From the NCBI GenBank assembly GCA_001643675.2, contig LSRY02000015.1:186001-250000 (forward strand): 64,000 nt of DNA. The letters are read 5' to 3'. This document shows positions 1 to 14,618 of the stretch, in pieces. Origin of the DNA: Monocercomonoides exilis PA203 (Eukaryota > Protista > Preaxostyla). The position numbers were made by a program, and so were the translations under genes. The notes below the pieces were generated by a model. The model had not been told where the DNA came from and searched no databases. It saw nothing but the letters and a program-made list of their open reading frames with translations. Each line of letters starts with the position of its first letter. Positions within the stretch are counted from its first letter, which is position 1.

Positions 1-3000
1 GAAGACAAAGCAGGCGATGTTTTTAGCAAAAGAGGCTTCAAAAAAGTTTCAGACAAATTTGGCTGAAACAGCATTTGCTGCTTCTTCAGATGTGAATCAC
101 AATCATTCGCTGCATTCGGAGAAATACAATGCAACATACTGCCAGTTTTTCCGGCAGCACTATAATTTTTTCGCTCTCCATTGATTTCTCCTTCACATTC
201 TCCCTCTCCTTCTTTTTCTTTTTCTTTCACAAAAGCAAATCTATCAAACGCCACGTCAACTGCTTTAAACGTCAAATTTTCTTCTTTCTCTCTTGCTGGC
301 CCACAAAACACAGTGCGAGGCAGCTCCTTAAAGCAGCACAGTGCAACAGTCACCAGTGCAGCCACAAATGGATGAGAATTTGATAAGTCGATTGGTTCAA
401 GCAAAGAGCGGAACTGCGCATTCAGCGACTGATAGACATCAGGCGCATATTCTTCGATCTGCGCAAGGGAGGCGCTGCGGCCACAGCCAAATCTGCTGCT
501 TTTGCCAGAGAAATGGAAAGAGGGGACGATAAAACGATGATCTGGCGAAAGCGCATAATCGACACAGAATGATACCCCGCTGGTTGAAGTGAAGAGAACA
601 TCGGCTTTTGTGTGCTTTCCAAGCGAGGGAGACAGAAAAAGAGGGGGAGATGAAGCAAATTCTGATGTGATTGCATGGGATGGTGGGCGGAACAAGCAAT
701 CCGTGGTGTAAGGGGAATCAGACAGTGAAACAGAATCCGAGGCTGATTTGTTCGATAATGTGGCAGACGCAGCTGAAAGAGGCCTGACTTGTGGAGGAAA
801 CAAAGCAGAGAAAGCAGAGCCCGATCTGACTGATGGCAAAGGGGCAGAGGAATTCGAATAGTTTAAAGAAGGATTTGAAGAAGGATTTGAAGAAGGATTT
901 GAAGAAGGATATGAAGAAGGGAATGAAACAGAAGAAGAAGAATTTGACTGAAGCTGAGGACGTATGGCAGGGATGCGAGCGTCGGATGAAGCAGTTGGCT
1001 CTCTTTGAACACGCAGTCTCTGAGAAATGGAACAAGCAGAAGAACTTCTTTCGGTGCTGGATGGCATACGAATCTGCAATGGATAGCTTTTGACACAAGA
1101 CGATTGAGGAGGAATAAAGTTGGATGATTTGAGGGGAGAACAAGTCTGATTGTGATTAGAAGAAGAAGAAGAAGAAGAAGAAGAAGAAGAAGAAGAAGAA
1201 GAAGAAGAAGAAGAAGATGTTTGGCGAAAAGGTGCAGGTGGCAATGGAAGAGGGAGATGTTGAGAAGGATGTTGAGAAGACGAAAGAGGAAGAAGAACAG
1301 AAGGATGAAAAGTCGGAAGTACTTGTGTAACTGCGCTTGGGTTTTTGACCGGAACATCCTTTGAAGAAATATCTTTTGGCGAAACTGAATTAGAAGCAGC
1401 TGGATGAGATGGCAAAACTGGAAATGAATGCCGGTGATAAGCTTGGTCATGCAAAATTGTTCTTTCTTCTGTTTTGTCAGTCAAGTGTCTGCTCAATGTA
1501 GGTGTTTGGGAGATCTGATGCACTTTTTTTGTGGTCTGGTTGCTTTCTGAAAATTCAGGTTTTTTTGTATTTCTGTCTTTCCGCTTCTCCATGGATATGT
1601 CTGCTATTTGCTTTATTGGGCAGGCTTGATCGCATTCTTTCTTTTCTGTTTGAATCGTCTGTAAAGTATCAGTTGTCTGCTTTTCCTCTGTTTTTATGTT
1701 TGCGTCAAGCGACGAAACTGTTGACTCTTCAACTTCGATTTTGTGACTTTGTTCAAGTTGACTAAAAACAGATCCCAGATTCTGTGTCAGAAAAGACAAA
1801 GGGGGAGGAGAACATAAGCCAGTGAAAAGAGAAGAGCCATCAGTTGTATTCATCTTGTTGAACTCGAGAAACTTGTTAAATCCATCAGGCGAAGATGGCT
1901 CAGTCGGATCGTCGCTTGGAGAACGAAAATATGAAGGCGAAATATTAATCAAGTTAAACAATGATGCTCCTGGTGACTTTCTTGATTTTAAATGTTCGGA
2001 ATGCTCTTCAAAAGACAACTGCAGGCTTTCCGCTGATTCTGAAGACTGTGGTATCTCCATTTTGACATCACTAATCAGTTTTCCATAATCTGCTTCAATG
2101 ACTTCAGGATGCGATAAATCGCATATTTCTATTGAAGATGATGCGTATTTCGGAACAATACCGATTGTATTTTCCTTTTTATTATTCATTTCTTTCCAAG
2201 CATTCGCCTTATTCTCAGATTTAAATAATTTATCTTCAATTGCTGATGTTTTTGTGGTTCGAAGCAACGCGGCATCGATCTCAGAGTAATAGCAGCCGTA
2301 TGTTTCCACATGTAAAGGAGGCGTCTTTCTTAAAGATAATTCCTGTAGAGAACCCATAAGTGAACAATTTTTATTTGAAGTGTTTATTATTTTACTGTAA
2401 ACATTATGATCAGGATATTCTTCACTTTGGATCAATTGTTGATCAATAACTTCATTTTTTTTGCTCGTCGTTTTTTTCAACATGTCCTTTTCCGTATCAA
2501 TATTTTTTTGTGATGAATATTTCGAGCTCTGTTGAAAAAGATCCCGAAAAACTGGAAAATGCGATATATGTGCCTCATTATTTGTTTCTCTGGTAACTAT
2601 TTGTTCATTCCGAATTAAAAAACTATCAACTTCAATATTTCTTTCCGATTGATCGAGAAAATTCTGTTGTTCAAGCAAAACGTTTTGATTTGAACATTGA
2701 TGATCATCAGCCATTTGGATGTAAGGCACTGATTTTAAAGGCTCAACTATTTGCAGCTGCTTCGGTTGAACGGTCGATATGGCGCCAACTTCAATTTTAT
2801 TTGATAAGGAACTTAAGGATATAATTTCTTCTTTTTGTATTTGCTCCCTTAACAACTTCGCGGAATTTTCACTTGGAAAAGTCTCTATGTTGCACACTGA
2901 ATTACGGCTATCTTGCAAATCTCTTAGAGGAAGGTTACTTACATCACAAATATATGATTTATTCCGTTCTTGATTTGATTCGCATATTTCTTCATGATCA

Positions 3001-3381
3001 GCCTTTCTGACTTCCAATGAAGAATTGAAAACTTCAGTCAATTCAGAGCCTTTCAGAGTATTTGGATACTTTTCGAAATCGAAGGCTTTGGACGTATCAT
3101 GAAATGTTGATGATAAAGTGTTTATATTCGAATTATTGATGCTCCTTTTGATGATTGTTGATGAAAGTCGCATTTCACATTGAACGAAGATTATATTGTA
3201 AGAAGAGAAAAGAAGAGAGCACAGAAATTGATGAAGCTGCGAGATTGTTTAAGAAAAAAATACACAGCATACATTTTGTTTGAGGAAATTCCACGAGACG
3301 ATGCAATGTTCGCAATTCCGCTCATTTTGAACGATTATTTCGTAAATGGATCCGAAAAGCGGAAAAGAAAGGAAGAAGAAT
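1..3381 (-). CDS. Large Ser-rich hypothetical protein; 3' end lies beyond the window, further 5' exons probably up to ~5000
   Basis: The minus frame with codon starts at pos mod 3 = 2 read stop-free in every segment I translated from 3236 to base 1 (~1078 codons; MRLSSTIIKRS...NLSETFLKPLLLKTSPALS). The ORF track lists nothing in this frame, as expected if no stop occurs in the window. The (AGA)n tract reads poly-Ser. A 36-nt phase-0 GTATG...CAG intron at 3237-3272 removes an in-frame TAA. Confidence 0.75.
865..920. repeat. 12-bp tandem repeat (GAAGAAGGATTT)n, encoding PSSN repeats on the minus strand
   Basis: About four visible units. Confidence 0.85.
1158..1217. repeat. (AGA)~20 microsatellite, poly-Ser in the minus-strand gene
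   Basis: Seen directly. Confidence 0.95.
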
Positions 3382-5580
3382 CTGGAAAACGGTTATTCGA
3401 TTGATCTGAAAAAAAAAATGTTGAAATGCTATGGTGATGATCTTTCATCAATTTTCATATTTTGAAAAGAAGATGTGACTCAATTTCTGAGCATGAATTC
3501 TTCGCAAAAAATCGACTACAGACGCACATCATCCCTTATATGTTTTCCATAATTAATTGATTCAACATTTTGAAAACAAACTTCGAGTATGAACTCCTCT
3601 TGTCGTTTTCTTTCGAAAATTTTTGAATTGAGCCAATATCCCTCATTTTCAAACGAATGAATACTATTTTTGGCAAAAAATGGTGAAAACACAATAATTT
3701 TTAATTGCTTCAAGTTTTGCAACTTTTTGACTCTCACGAAAGACAAAATTTAGAATTTCTAAAAAATTGGTAGGTTTTCAAGATCAAACAAAGATCCAGG
3801 AACAAAAGCAACTTCAAATAATAGCAGGTTCACAGAAAATGTAGATGATATAATCATTGAATTGACAATTTTAGAAAATAAAAATGCAATCACAATAAAA
3901 ATATTGGATTCACTCAGAAACAAACAAATGGGAGATTCGGGATATATTTTGGATTTTTCAGATTTTTTAATTCATTTTTCAAATGCTACAAAGCTTGACT
4001 GATCAAAGAAAAAAAAGCTTTATTTTATTAAAGACAAATAAAATAAAAAGACCTTGAAAAGAGTCTCCTTGGCCATTATTCTCCATCAGCAATATGTATA
4101 GCTTTCCTCCGAAAAGAGAAGAAAGAGAGCATCTGCAATATGGATCCAAACATGAGCAATTTATTCATTAAATCAAATTAATGTGATTCCGCTTGAAATC
4201 TTCGAGAAATAGTGTAACTATAATTCTTTGAAACAATAATTATTGTCAGCTGCATTTGCCATAGAGAATACAAAAAAGTCCAAACACAACATTCACGCTG
4301 ATGAATTTCATTTCTTTTGCAATTTATTCTTTCTCCGAATGATGCTATCCTTCCATGATTGAGCAAATTCAATATTTGGTATATTTGTAATTGTTACCTC
4401 AAATCAGCCACAACTATTTATCAGCTTTGGATTTTTGCACTTGCAAAGGTTGAGAGAACATCATGTTATTATCATTCTTTTGCGACTGTTGTTTCATATG
4501 GAATTTCTCTCTGAATAATCGTTTGTAATTGTTTTTTTTCAAATTTTTTGTGTTCCACATTAACATTTTTAATTTGCTAATCATGTTCAAAAGAGTTTGT
4601 TTAGCATTATTTTGCTCGATTGCAAGTGTAACTTGATTGGAGGGAAATATTTATGTGATCTGAAGAACTTGGATATCGATCTTCTTTTGGATCATCGTTC
4701 TTGTTTTAATAGATCATTATGAGTTTATTTATTGAAATAGATATGTAAATGAAGCGCGATTTAAGAAGAGCATGACTATATTAAGAACATGGGACTGATG
4801 ATCAACTTTATTTTTGTACGAAATTTTTTCATCGCCTCAGATCCTGACATTTGCGAAATGGCATCAAGAGCAATTATTAAACTGGTTAAGATTAAAAGCA
4901 AAAACAGCTTGCGTTGTATCTTTGAATCAAACGAAACATTCGAATTTTGGGTCTTTTTGAAAGATTCAAAGTTATGTGAATTTTTCATCGAAAAAGTTGT
5001 GAAGCTATTAATTTTTTTTTAAATTGATACTAAAAGCACCAATTGCATTATTCTGTTTATGAAACAAACTTGTCGTTTTTGAAGAAAACTGAAATGTTTA
5101 ATTTTTTCATTTCAATGAAATCATTAATTTTTGTTGATAATTATCAAAATTATAAGTTAGACTTCAATTTTTCGAAATAGATTCTTTTATTTTGAAATGA
5201 TTATGATTTCCAAATAAAATTCTAAAAAAATTGTGCCATTATCAGATGATAATTACGAAATTTTGTTTCAAACGGTGTGATGCTCATTTGAAAAGTATTT
5301 TGACAACCATTTCAAACTTGAAAGGAAAAAAAAAATAGAAAGTGAAAACAGAATCCAAATACAGTTTTCTTTTTCTTTTCTTTCATGAATATTTACAAAA
5401 AAATAATCAAAAATCAATGTGAATTGCTCATCAATTGCCAACGGCATATTAAATACAAATCATGAAATATCAAAATAAGAGGTTCTCCTATCAACACTAA
5501 AGAAAAGGGGAAAAAAAAAAATATTAATTTGTAAATAGAGTAAATAGAGTCATAAGAAAGCGAATGGAATGTTGTAAACA

Positions 5581-7113
5581 TCACTCATCAACTTCGTCGA
5601 AGGTCTCATCAGCCAAATGGAAGAGAATTTCTTCGCCTGAAATAAATAAATTAAATAATAAAATAAACATAAACATAAACAAATAAATAAAATATGTTAT
5701 TTGAATAAAAATTTCTGATAAAACGAATAAGCAAACTTTTAATCGTGTCCGAAGATTCAAGAAGATTAAGTTCAATAGAATCTTCATGATAAGTCAAGGC
5801 GATGATCTTATGCAAAGACGTAAGCTAGTTTTTTCATTTCACAAAAATATTAAAAAAATAATAAAAGAAAATTGAAAAAAATGAATAAAAGGAGATAAAC
5901 TATTAATTTTCTAATAATAACATACAGCTATTTCACAAGCTCTCTTAACCAATTCCTTTGGCATTATCATTCTTTTTGCAGACTTTTCTTTTTGCTTCTC
6001 TTCTTCCTCTTCTGATTTTCCTTCATCTGCTTCTTTTGCTTTCTCACCCTCAATCTTCTTCAGCCCTTTGATTAAATGAGCAGTTATTAGAGCCGCAAAG
6101 GTATCACCTGTTCCTCCAAAATCGTAATCAAAGTAAGGAAACGTCACAGAATACACTTCATTTGAAACTTCTGCCTTTTTCGGATCATCACAAGAAGAAG
6201 AAGAATCAGACGAGCTTTTCTCTTCAGATGATGAACATAACTCATCATTTTCATAAGCAATGCTCAGAAATAGTGTCATTGTATCTGTCATCATTGCACG
6301 TGCAGATGGGGAATGAGAAGGACGAAGCAACATTTTGTCAGCACCTGCTGGCCTGGGAGAAGGAGAAGGAGTTGGAGGATCAAAATATGACCTTCCAACT
6401 CTTTTTCCATTTTTATCCAATTTAACGCTCTTTAAAATAATGATTGGAATATTATATTTTGCATGCAGTTCCTGAAAGCCACGTTTGACGTCCGATTTTC
6501 CATGAATTGGAACACCTGAAAGACATCTAAATCCAAAAAAGAATATCAACATTATCAATAACGAAAACACACTCGAATTCAAAAATATTCGGAAGACACA
6601 AATCAGCGTGTCGAAGGATGGAGGATTTGTATATTTCAACGAGATCCTGACTGACGTAAAACGAGTTATTGTCTCCCATCACTGGATCACAAACATAAAA
6701 AAACTGTTTCGCCTCTTCTCTGCAATTTAAAAGATATTTTCCAATGCTGCTCAGGACAGACGGTTGTCCAATGTATCCTGTGATAAAAAATCGGTGGTTT
6801 AGCAAATCATTTTCCTTCAATCCTTTAAAATACAAGTCGCATTCTTCTCCTGTTAATCTTGTTCCTACATGAGATGGATAATTTGATGGGGCACATACTA
6901 AACAAAATTTTAACATCATCAACAAATATTAGCAAAATGTTTCTTTTTAAAAAGCGTGAAAAATTCAAGATACAAACAATTCACTGAATTGATAAAATCA
7001 GCATTGACCTTGTTCAAAAAAAATATTGGCATGGCACATTTATTTCCAACAAATCCGTAGGAAACGTGACTTTGAAATGAAAGCACACGATAATCCATAC
7101 AGACGCTGGACAT
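5581..7113 (-). CDS. pdxK: Pyridoxal kinase (ribokinase superfamily), multi-exon
   Basis: Motifs RVLSFQSHVSYGFVGNKCA, ITGYIG, YVCDPVMGDN.SFYV, PNIFEFE and FGGTGDTFAA are spread over ORFs 6919-7113, 6527-6925 and 5911-6639, separated by AT-rich introns. Exon edges are approximate. Confidence 0.9.
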
Positions 7114-7316
7114 TTTTGATATTTTTAAATTTCAAATTAGGGGACAAATCAATAAAAAAAACACCTTTTTTTAATCAAAAAATCATTTTTGAGAAAATGG
7201 CATTAAGCACTAAATATCACGTGAGTTGTTTATGATAAAATAGAATGGTGAGAGTTGAAATAAGATTTCATGAGACAATTAAAAAAATTAAACTTTTTAA
7301 AATAAAGAAAATCAAA

Positions 7317-10300
7317 TTAGTTCATGTGAGGTGAATCTGTGCCTTCATTTCTTTCGTCTTCTGAGTTCGACCCATCGTTCCTCTCCTCTCCGCTCTCGTG
7401 CTTCGGCTCTCTTTTCCCGATCATCACTCCGACTTTCTCCACAATCTCCTCCCCGAGTTTCGTCGCCTCCTCTTTCAATGTTGCAATCACAGGCTCCACA
7501 ACTTCCTTCTCCTGCGACACAACTGCGCCATAAACGCTCTCTGCTGCGCTGCTTCTATCCTCCATCACATTCGTCAGCGCAGACAGCCTCTCCTTCGCCG
7601 CATCCATCGCCTCCTTGTGCTCCACACGGTGCTTATTCGCCTCTTTCTCAAAGGACGCCGCAACTTCTGCAGTCGATGCTGCCAATGCTTCCACCCTCGC
7701 TGTCAAATCGCCAATCGCTCTTTGCGTCCTCTGCGACGCCTCCTCCGCGTCCTGCTGCACCTCTGCTTTCAGCCGCTTCTCCAGAGCTGCACACTTCTCT
7801 TCTGCATCCCTCTGAATCTTCCTCCTCCTCTCGTCGCACTCCTGCAGCGTAGGGTTCAGCAGCAGCATCACCCTGTCTCTTCGGACCTCGTTCGCTTTCT
7901 CCACAAAGTCCTTCAGCGTCTCCACTTTCTCGTCGCACGCCAGCAGCGCCTGCTCCACGTCTTCAATAACTGCAATCCTGTTCTCCTCTTCGGAAAGATA
8001 CTTCTCAAGCTCCACCTGCACATCTCCAACTGTCATCTCCAGTTGCGATATCTTCTCCAGTCGCCCTTCTTCTTTCTCCTTCTCCTCCTGCAGCTGCTCC
8101 AGTATATTCTTGCATTCCCTCTCCAGCTCAGCCATCTTCTTCTCATAGACCGCCTGTGCGTTTTCGGCTGCCTCTTTGATTCGATCTTTCGCTTCTTCTG
8201 CCTCTTTCTCTGCAAACCGCTCTGCTGCTGCAAACTCGTCCGTCGCCCAGTTCTCCACGTCGCTTATCTGCCCCATCATCGCAAGCTCGTCTCTTCGCGC
8301 GCTTTCAATCAGCTCTGCACCAATCTGATCGAATATCTTGTGATATTTCTCTTCCATCTCGTTCACTTTCTCCTCTGCCACTTCCACAAGTGTCGCCACA
8401 CGCCCGCTGTCCTTCTTCACTTTCCCTGTCAGCTCGTTCTCCTCTTTCTTCAGCAGCTCCCTCATCTCCGTCAGCTCTTCTCTCACAGCCGCTGAATCCT
8501 TCAGATTGCCATCGATCTTGTCCAGCTTCTCCTCCGCCGACGCCATCAGCTGCACAATCTCATTCAACATCTGCTCCATCTGCTCCAATTTGTCGCTCTG
8601 TTGAATCGCTGCCTTCTCCGCTTCCTTCACCTGCGCATGCTTCTGCCCTACGGCGGCTGCTGCCGAGTCCACAGACTCACTCACCATCCCTCGCTGGCTC
8701 TTTCCCGTTCGGTCTCTCTCATTTGCCATCGACTTGATCTCTTCGCACAGCTGCTTCAGCTCCTTCTCCATCGCCTCTCCTCTCTTCGTCGTGCTCTGCT
8801 TCAGCTTGTCTGTCTCCTCCTTCACCCACCACGGCGCCCCTTCGTTCGTCTTCTCCTCTAACCCTTGCAGTGTGTTCTCTGTCATCTGCCCGATCGCCTG
8901 CCTCGCCTCGCTCGACATGTTCTCCCAGTCATTCGCTGCTTCTGCCCTCATTTCACCTAATTCTTGTCTCTCTCCCTGCACATTGTCATTCAGCAGGGTG
9001 ATCTGCGCTTTTGTCTTTTCAATCTGTTCCTGAAATGTCTTCCTCACTTTGTCATAAAGTGTAGCTATTTCCCTCAGTGTGGCTTCTGATGACTGCGCAT
9101 TCTTCACCATCCACTGCTGCATCTCATTGTGCAAGCCTGCCAAAAGCGTCTCCCTCTGCCCTCCTGTTATGTTCGCCCTCCTCGACACATTCCCATGCAG
9201 TGTCCTGTGCTCTTTCTCCTGCTCCGCCTGCTTCTTCCACCGCTCCACCGACTGCTCGTGGTCCACTCTGAACCGGTCCAGCAAGAGCGCGCTCTCTTCC
9301 TTCGTCTTCTGCTCTGACTCGCTCACAATCGTGTCTGTCTCCGCCAACTGTATGCGCGTCGAGCGTGTGTCGCCGTGCAGCTCCTTCAGCTGCTTCGAAA
9401 GCGCTTTCCCTTCGTCGGACATCTGCGCAATGGTGTCTGTGATCTTCACCCACTCCACATCCACTTCTCCTTCTGCCCCGACTCGCATCGTCGCAGCCGT
9501 GTTCGCACTCCACGCCGCATCCATCGCTCCATTCCCCTTCTCATTCGCTTCCAAAGACCTTTCTTTCTTCTTCTCTTCGCTTCCCAGCGCTGTCGGAGCT
9601 TCTCCGCTCCCTTCCTTCTGCTCTCCTTTCCCTTCCTCTCCTTCCTGCCCTTCTTCAGCCACATACGTCTCTCCTCTCAGCGCTGCTGCCTGTTGCGCTG
9701 CTGCCATCCGCCGCTGTTGTCTTCTCTTGCTGTTCTCAGCCTCTTCTTCAGCATGGCGACGATGATACGAGTCATCAAAGGAGTCAGGCAGCTCTTCAGG
9801 TGGCTGCGTTTCTTCTTCTTTGGCTTCTCCTTCTGCGCCTTTCGCCTTCTCTTTGTCTTTCTCTTTGTCCTGCTCTTTTCCTTCTCCGTCTTTGCCTTTG
9901 TCTTTCTCCTCGTCTGCCTTCTCCTTCCCGTCTTCTCCTTTCTTCTCTTTGTCCTCAAACGTCTGCGCCGTCTTCTGCGACGTCGGCGACTGCAGCGCAG
10001 CCTCTTTGCTCTCCTTCTCCTCTCTCTGCGCCCTTTCCTCGTCTGTCTCCCACGCGCGCTCCGGATCAAACGGCGGGCATATCGTGCATGTCCACAGGTC
10101 ATCCAGGATGTGCCGTGTGCAGTGCGTCTCCCCGTGCATCATCGCCAGCTTCCCTTCCTCCAGCACAAAGGTGTAATGCCCACTGCGCGGATATGGCGTG
10201 AACGTGTTCAGCATAAACTGGTCGCCCATGTGCAGCTGCGCCAGCCCAATGTCGTCGAGCGGGAATTCGAACTTCGTGAAGCGGTCGAGCACCACATCGT

Positions 10301-11748
10301 ACTCCCACATGTCGTCTTTCTTCTCCTTCGACGCATGGCCCCCAAAGATGATGATCCGCTTGTTCAGCGCCAGCGGAATCTTCTCCGCTTTTTTCTTCTT
10401 CTTCTCTTTCTCCTCTTCTTGCTTTCGCAGCAGCTCCTTCTGCGCCTCCACATCTGCCTGCTCCTTCTGCAGCCTCTCTCTGTCTTCCCTCTCTTTCCTC
10501 TGCTCCTCCGTCTCGTCCGGCGGAGGGAGCGGAGTAGGCTGTGCAGACGGCAGCGCCGACTGGCTGGGCGACGCGGGGGAAAACGGCTGGGCTGGAGAAT
10601 AGGCAGCGTCTGCTGCTGCTGCTGCTGACGGAGACATCAGTCCGCCTGGAATGCCGGCATCTCCAAAGCCAGGCAAGTCCTCTTCCCGCTTCTTCTTTGG
10701 CTTTGGCGGCTCCCGGTTCATCACAAGCGCCGAGTGGTTGCACCGCGCTGGCGGGCGAAATGACGAAACGCAAAGCTCAGTCCATTCGTGGGACTCTGGG
10801 TTGAAGCACCAGAGATCGTCAAAATACCCTCCTGCGCCTATTCCACCAAAGAGATAGAGCTTTTTACCAACCACACTCAAAGAATGGCCTGCGCGGGGAG
10901 CTGGAATGACGCTGTTTGTTGGACGAATCTCCGTCCAGCCTAATGTTGTTGTATCAAACATCCACATATCGTTGTAATAACCTCTTTAAATAAAAATTAT
11001 TTTTTATCACAATCGAAATAAAAAAGTAAAAAAATAAAATACCCATTCTTTCCAACAGATGCTCCTCCAAAAACAACCATTTTGTTTCCAAAACGAACTG
11101 CAGCATGACGATGTCGCGGAGGAGGAACTTCGCCATTCACTTCAATCGGTATCCATCTGTTTATTTCCTATAAAAAATTTTTGAAAAAAAAAAGAGATAA
11201 ATAAGGTTTCGTTTCGTTCACAAATCAATTAAGCACACAAGGTCAAGGATATGAAGATCGCTCATGCAGCAAATCTGATTATATCCACTTGAATATTGTA
11301 ATTTTAAGTTAAAATTTTAAAATAAATATTTTTTCCTTTAGTAATTCAAACCCAAAAACTATCATATCGGCTCCAAATAAAACAGCTGTATGGCCTGATC
11401 TTTGCATTGGAACTGGTCCATCTGTGCGGATCCTGTGCCATGTGACGCGTGCTTAAATAATGAAATTTTAAAGTGCATTATGCACAAAGCAAAGCAAATA
11501 TTAATCGGATAAAATGGTATAACATTGCACATTTTGAATATTTCTATTTTGAAAAAAATATTTATTTCCAAACTCATGTCCAATAGCCAAGCATCGTTGT
11601 AAGTTGTACTTGGTGTGGTTCCACCAAACATTATGACAGTTGGGCCTGCATTTACAAAACTTTGTCCTGTTCTTTTAGGTGGTGTAATTCCTGAATAGCC
11701 GGCTTTTTGCCAACCAAGTTTGATTTCATCCTCAGGGCTTGAAGCCAT
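7317..11748 (-). CDS. Kelch-repeat beta-propeller protein with long C-terminal coiled coil, multi-exon
   Basis: Kelch repeats (PPKRTGQSF...MFGG..YNDAW; PAPRAGHSLSVVGKKLYLFGG...FDDLW; PPARCNHSA...IIIFGG..DDMW; PYPRSGH). The 1216-aa last exon is E/K/A-rich and heptad-like. ATG at 11748. Confidence 0.85.
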
Positions 11749-13250
11749 TCGGCTTTCACAAATCAAAGAAAAAAAGTTCTAATAGTGGTTATGATCATTT
11801 ATTGAAAAATGAAGCTTTTAAAGCATGAAAATTATACGCCAAAATAAATAAATGATTTTTCATCAATTCTTTATCAAATCAAAAAAATTTCTTTTATAAT
11901 TACACAAAACTGATCAAGATCAAAAGAAAAGAGATGGAAAAAGCATTTACCTTCAAACCTGAGTTGGAACACGTGTACGAAGTTCATAAAGCGCCTCCAC
12001 CTGTTATTGTTTCCAAGGTATATTCGGTCGGAATGGTTTTGCTCTTTGCCATTTTTCTCATCATGGTTTGCTCTTTATTATTGTTGAAATCGAATGTTTA
12101 ACGCAATATTATAAATTGCATTCAATAAAAAAAGATAACATTTGTTGGATTACGTTCGCATAAGTCCTCTTCACTGTCTGGAAAGTGCTATTACTTCGGA
12201 TTCTTCATTTCTCTTCTTTCAGCTATTGCAGTTATTACACTTTATTGGTTTAACTACTACCTGCTTTTCCCTGAAATTATTGGTTTTTCCGTTTCTGCTC
12301 TTGGTGTAATGGTTTTTGGAAAACTTTATTTTGAAGAGCAACGAAAATTGGTTGTTTAAAAAATACTTTTTATTTCTCAATTCTTTTGCGTTCGATCTAC
12401 TTTTCATTAAATGAGTTCATTTCAAGAATTTTGAAATTGAACTTCTTATTGCATAAAAATAAAAAATGAAAATTATTGCAGTTAATATGAGGATCATTTT
12501 GTTTATGAAACGGATTTGTAATTCTACCATAGAGTGTCTAACAGGTCTGAAATGGTGTAATATTCATTTTAAAATATCATGCAAAACTCAAGGTTAGCCA
12601 ATGAATTATTGTGGAAATTGTCTTTCATTATTATTATTATATTATTTTTCTTTTTTTCTTTTTTCTTTTTTCTTTTTTCTTTTTTCTTTTTTCTTTTTTT
12701 TTCGTTCGTTGTAACAGAATAAATACAACATAAAAATAATAAAAGCAAACTATTGTGGAATTATTATATCATTTAATACTTGCACAAAAATATTTTTTTG
12801 TTTCAATTTTTAATTTTTTAATAATCTTATGAATTTATTATTTATTTTTGATCTATGTTTTGTTTCCTAAATATTATCGATCTTTGTTTGCTTATTTATA
12901 GCATAAGGCATTGAAACAAACAAAAAATAAGTTTTATTATTAATTATATTGTTTGTTTTATCTGATTTTTCTGTTGTTTTTTGCATTTCATTGTTTTTTG
13001 AAGAAAATAAAATTTTCTGCAATCCTCAGAACTTATGATTGATTATTTTCTGATTAAAATCTTCTCCATCAAAATTTTCAATTTGAGAATACTCATTGAA
13101 TATTGAAAAACGAACACTGAAAAGTTTCAACTCCAATAAAAATAATTTTTCTTGAATATTATCATGAATATCATCTTTAAAAACAATTATCAAGTTATTC
13201 TATTTGAATGAATAATTCGTCTCCAAAGAAATAAAACCTTCGAAGAATAA

Positions 13251-13686
13251 ACACTCCGAAAAAAGTCGTGATTTCAAAAATAATCATCTTCATACAAAGT
13301 TACAATTGCAAAACAAAAAGTGCATAACTCAAACAATACGAAAAAAAAAAAAAAAAACACAATGATTTTTATGAAAATGATCTTTTCCCACAAAAATTGT
13401 CATTGTATTTGTTTTAACATTTAATATAAAAGTGAATATTTTTGAAATCAAAATCTTTTTTTGTGAACAAACTATTTTTTTGTGAATAATCAAATTACCA
13501 ATAGTTCTTATTGAAATAAAAAAAGATTTGAATAGTCACAAAGGCCAAAGTTGGAAGCAAAAATAATTTTAGGAATTCTAATTCAAGTATTTTTTTGTGT
13601 TTGTAAAATTTGAACGATCGAAGATAAAGAAGAAACAAAGTTCACTTGGGTGATTATTTTTGAAATCATAACTTTTTTCGGAGTGT
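13251..13686. repeat. Imperfect 36-bp inverted repeat pair (MITE-like)
   Basis: acactccgaaaaaagtcgtgatttcaaaaataatca (13251-13286) vs tgattatttttgaaatcataacttttttcggagtgt (13651-13686); related motif copies at ~13438, ~13864 and ~14285. Confidence 0.7.
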
Positions 13687-14618
13687 GAATAATTTATTAA
13701 TTTTCTGCTATTTGCTCAAAAGTTTAAATTCAAATGTTCCGTGCTTTTCAATTGTGACAAACGCTGATATTTGTGATAAAAATAATATGCAATTATCTGT
13801 TTGTTGTATTTCCACTTTTCAGAATTCATTCAAAAACATTTGATGGTTTTTTTCATTCCGAAATTGTTCACAGAAAAAATCTGATTTCAAAAATAATTAC
13901 CCACTTTTTTTCAAATATATGATTTTATTTTCGATCACTTTCGAAAAAAGGCACAATTTTTTCTCACTTTTTAGAAACAATGACAATAAAAACTAACTTT
14001 CATCTGTTTTGGACTTGCTGCATGAAACATATTTATCTCAAAAAATGTTTCTTATTTGAAAATAAAAAAATGAATAACATTTTATAGAAAGTTTCATCAT
14101 TTCGAATGATTAGTCAATTAAATTTGATTAAATTTAAGTTCATCGCATATTTTCATTTTTCAGTCGAATTTGCAACAATGTTGAGCATGATCCGAAGATA
14201 TAATCATCTTCAAAATTAACAAATTTATAATTATTTGTCTTCTAAATACATTATAACAACAAATGTGTGAGAGTTATTGAAAACACAACTTTTTTCGGGG
14301 TGTTTTTTTTCAAAAAAAATTGTATGTTATCGGGAAGAGATTATGAGTGCAAATGCAGAATTAACATTAATGTTTCAAAAACAAATGTTTTTTATCAAAT
14401 GAAGAAGAAGATGTCTTATATTAGCTTTTCCACTTTTCAGCGTTCTTTTGGATATTCAAAGGAAATAAACGAACAGAAAATTTAGAATGAATAAATATAA
14501 TTTTAATAATAATTATTCAAATTAATTCGATTAATTTGTCGGTAATGCGTTTCCAAAAAATTAAATATTCCCTCTATATATTTTTATTTTTAATTTATTT
14601 TATGGGTTTTGATCAAAA

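Noticed and set aside
7331-10857. Many long plus-strand ORFs
   Set aside because: Antisense shadows of the GC-rich Kelch/coiled-coil exon
11950-12410. Possible small minus-strand gene
   Set aside because: Exon-like pieces with a GT donor, but no recognisable protein or supportable gene model
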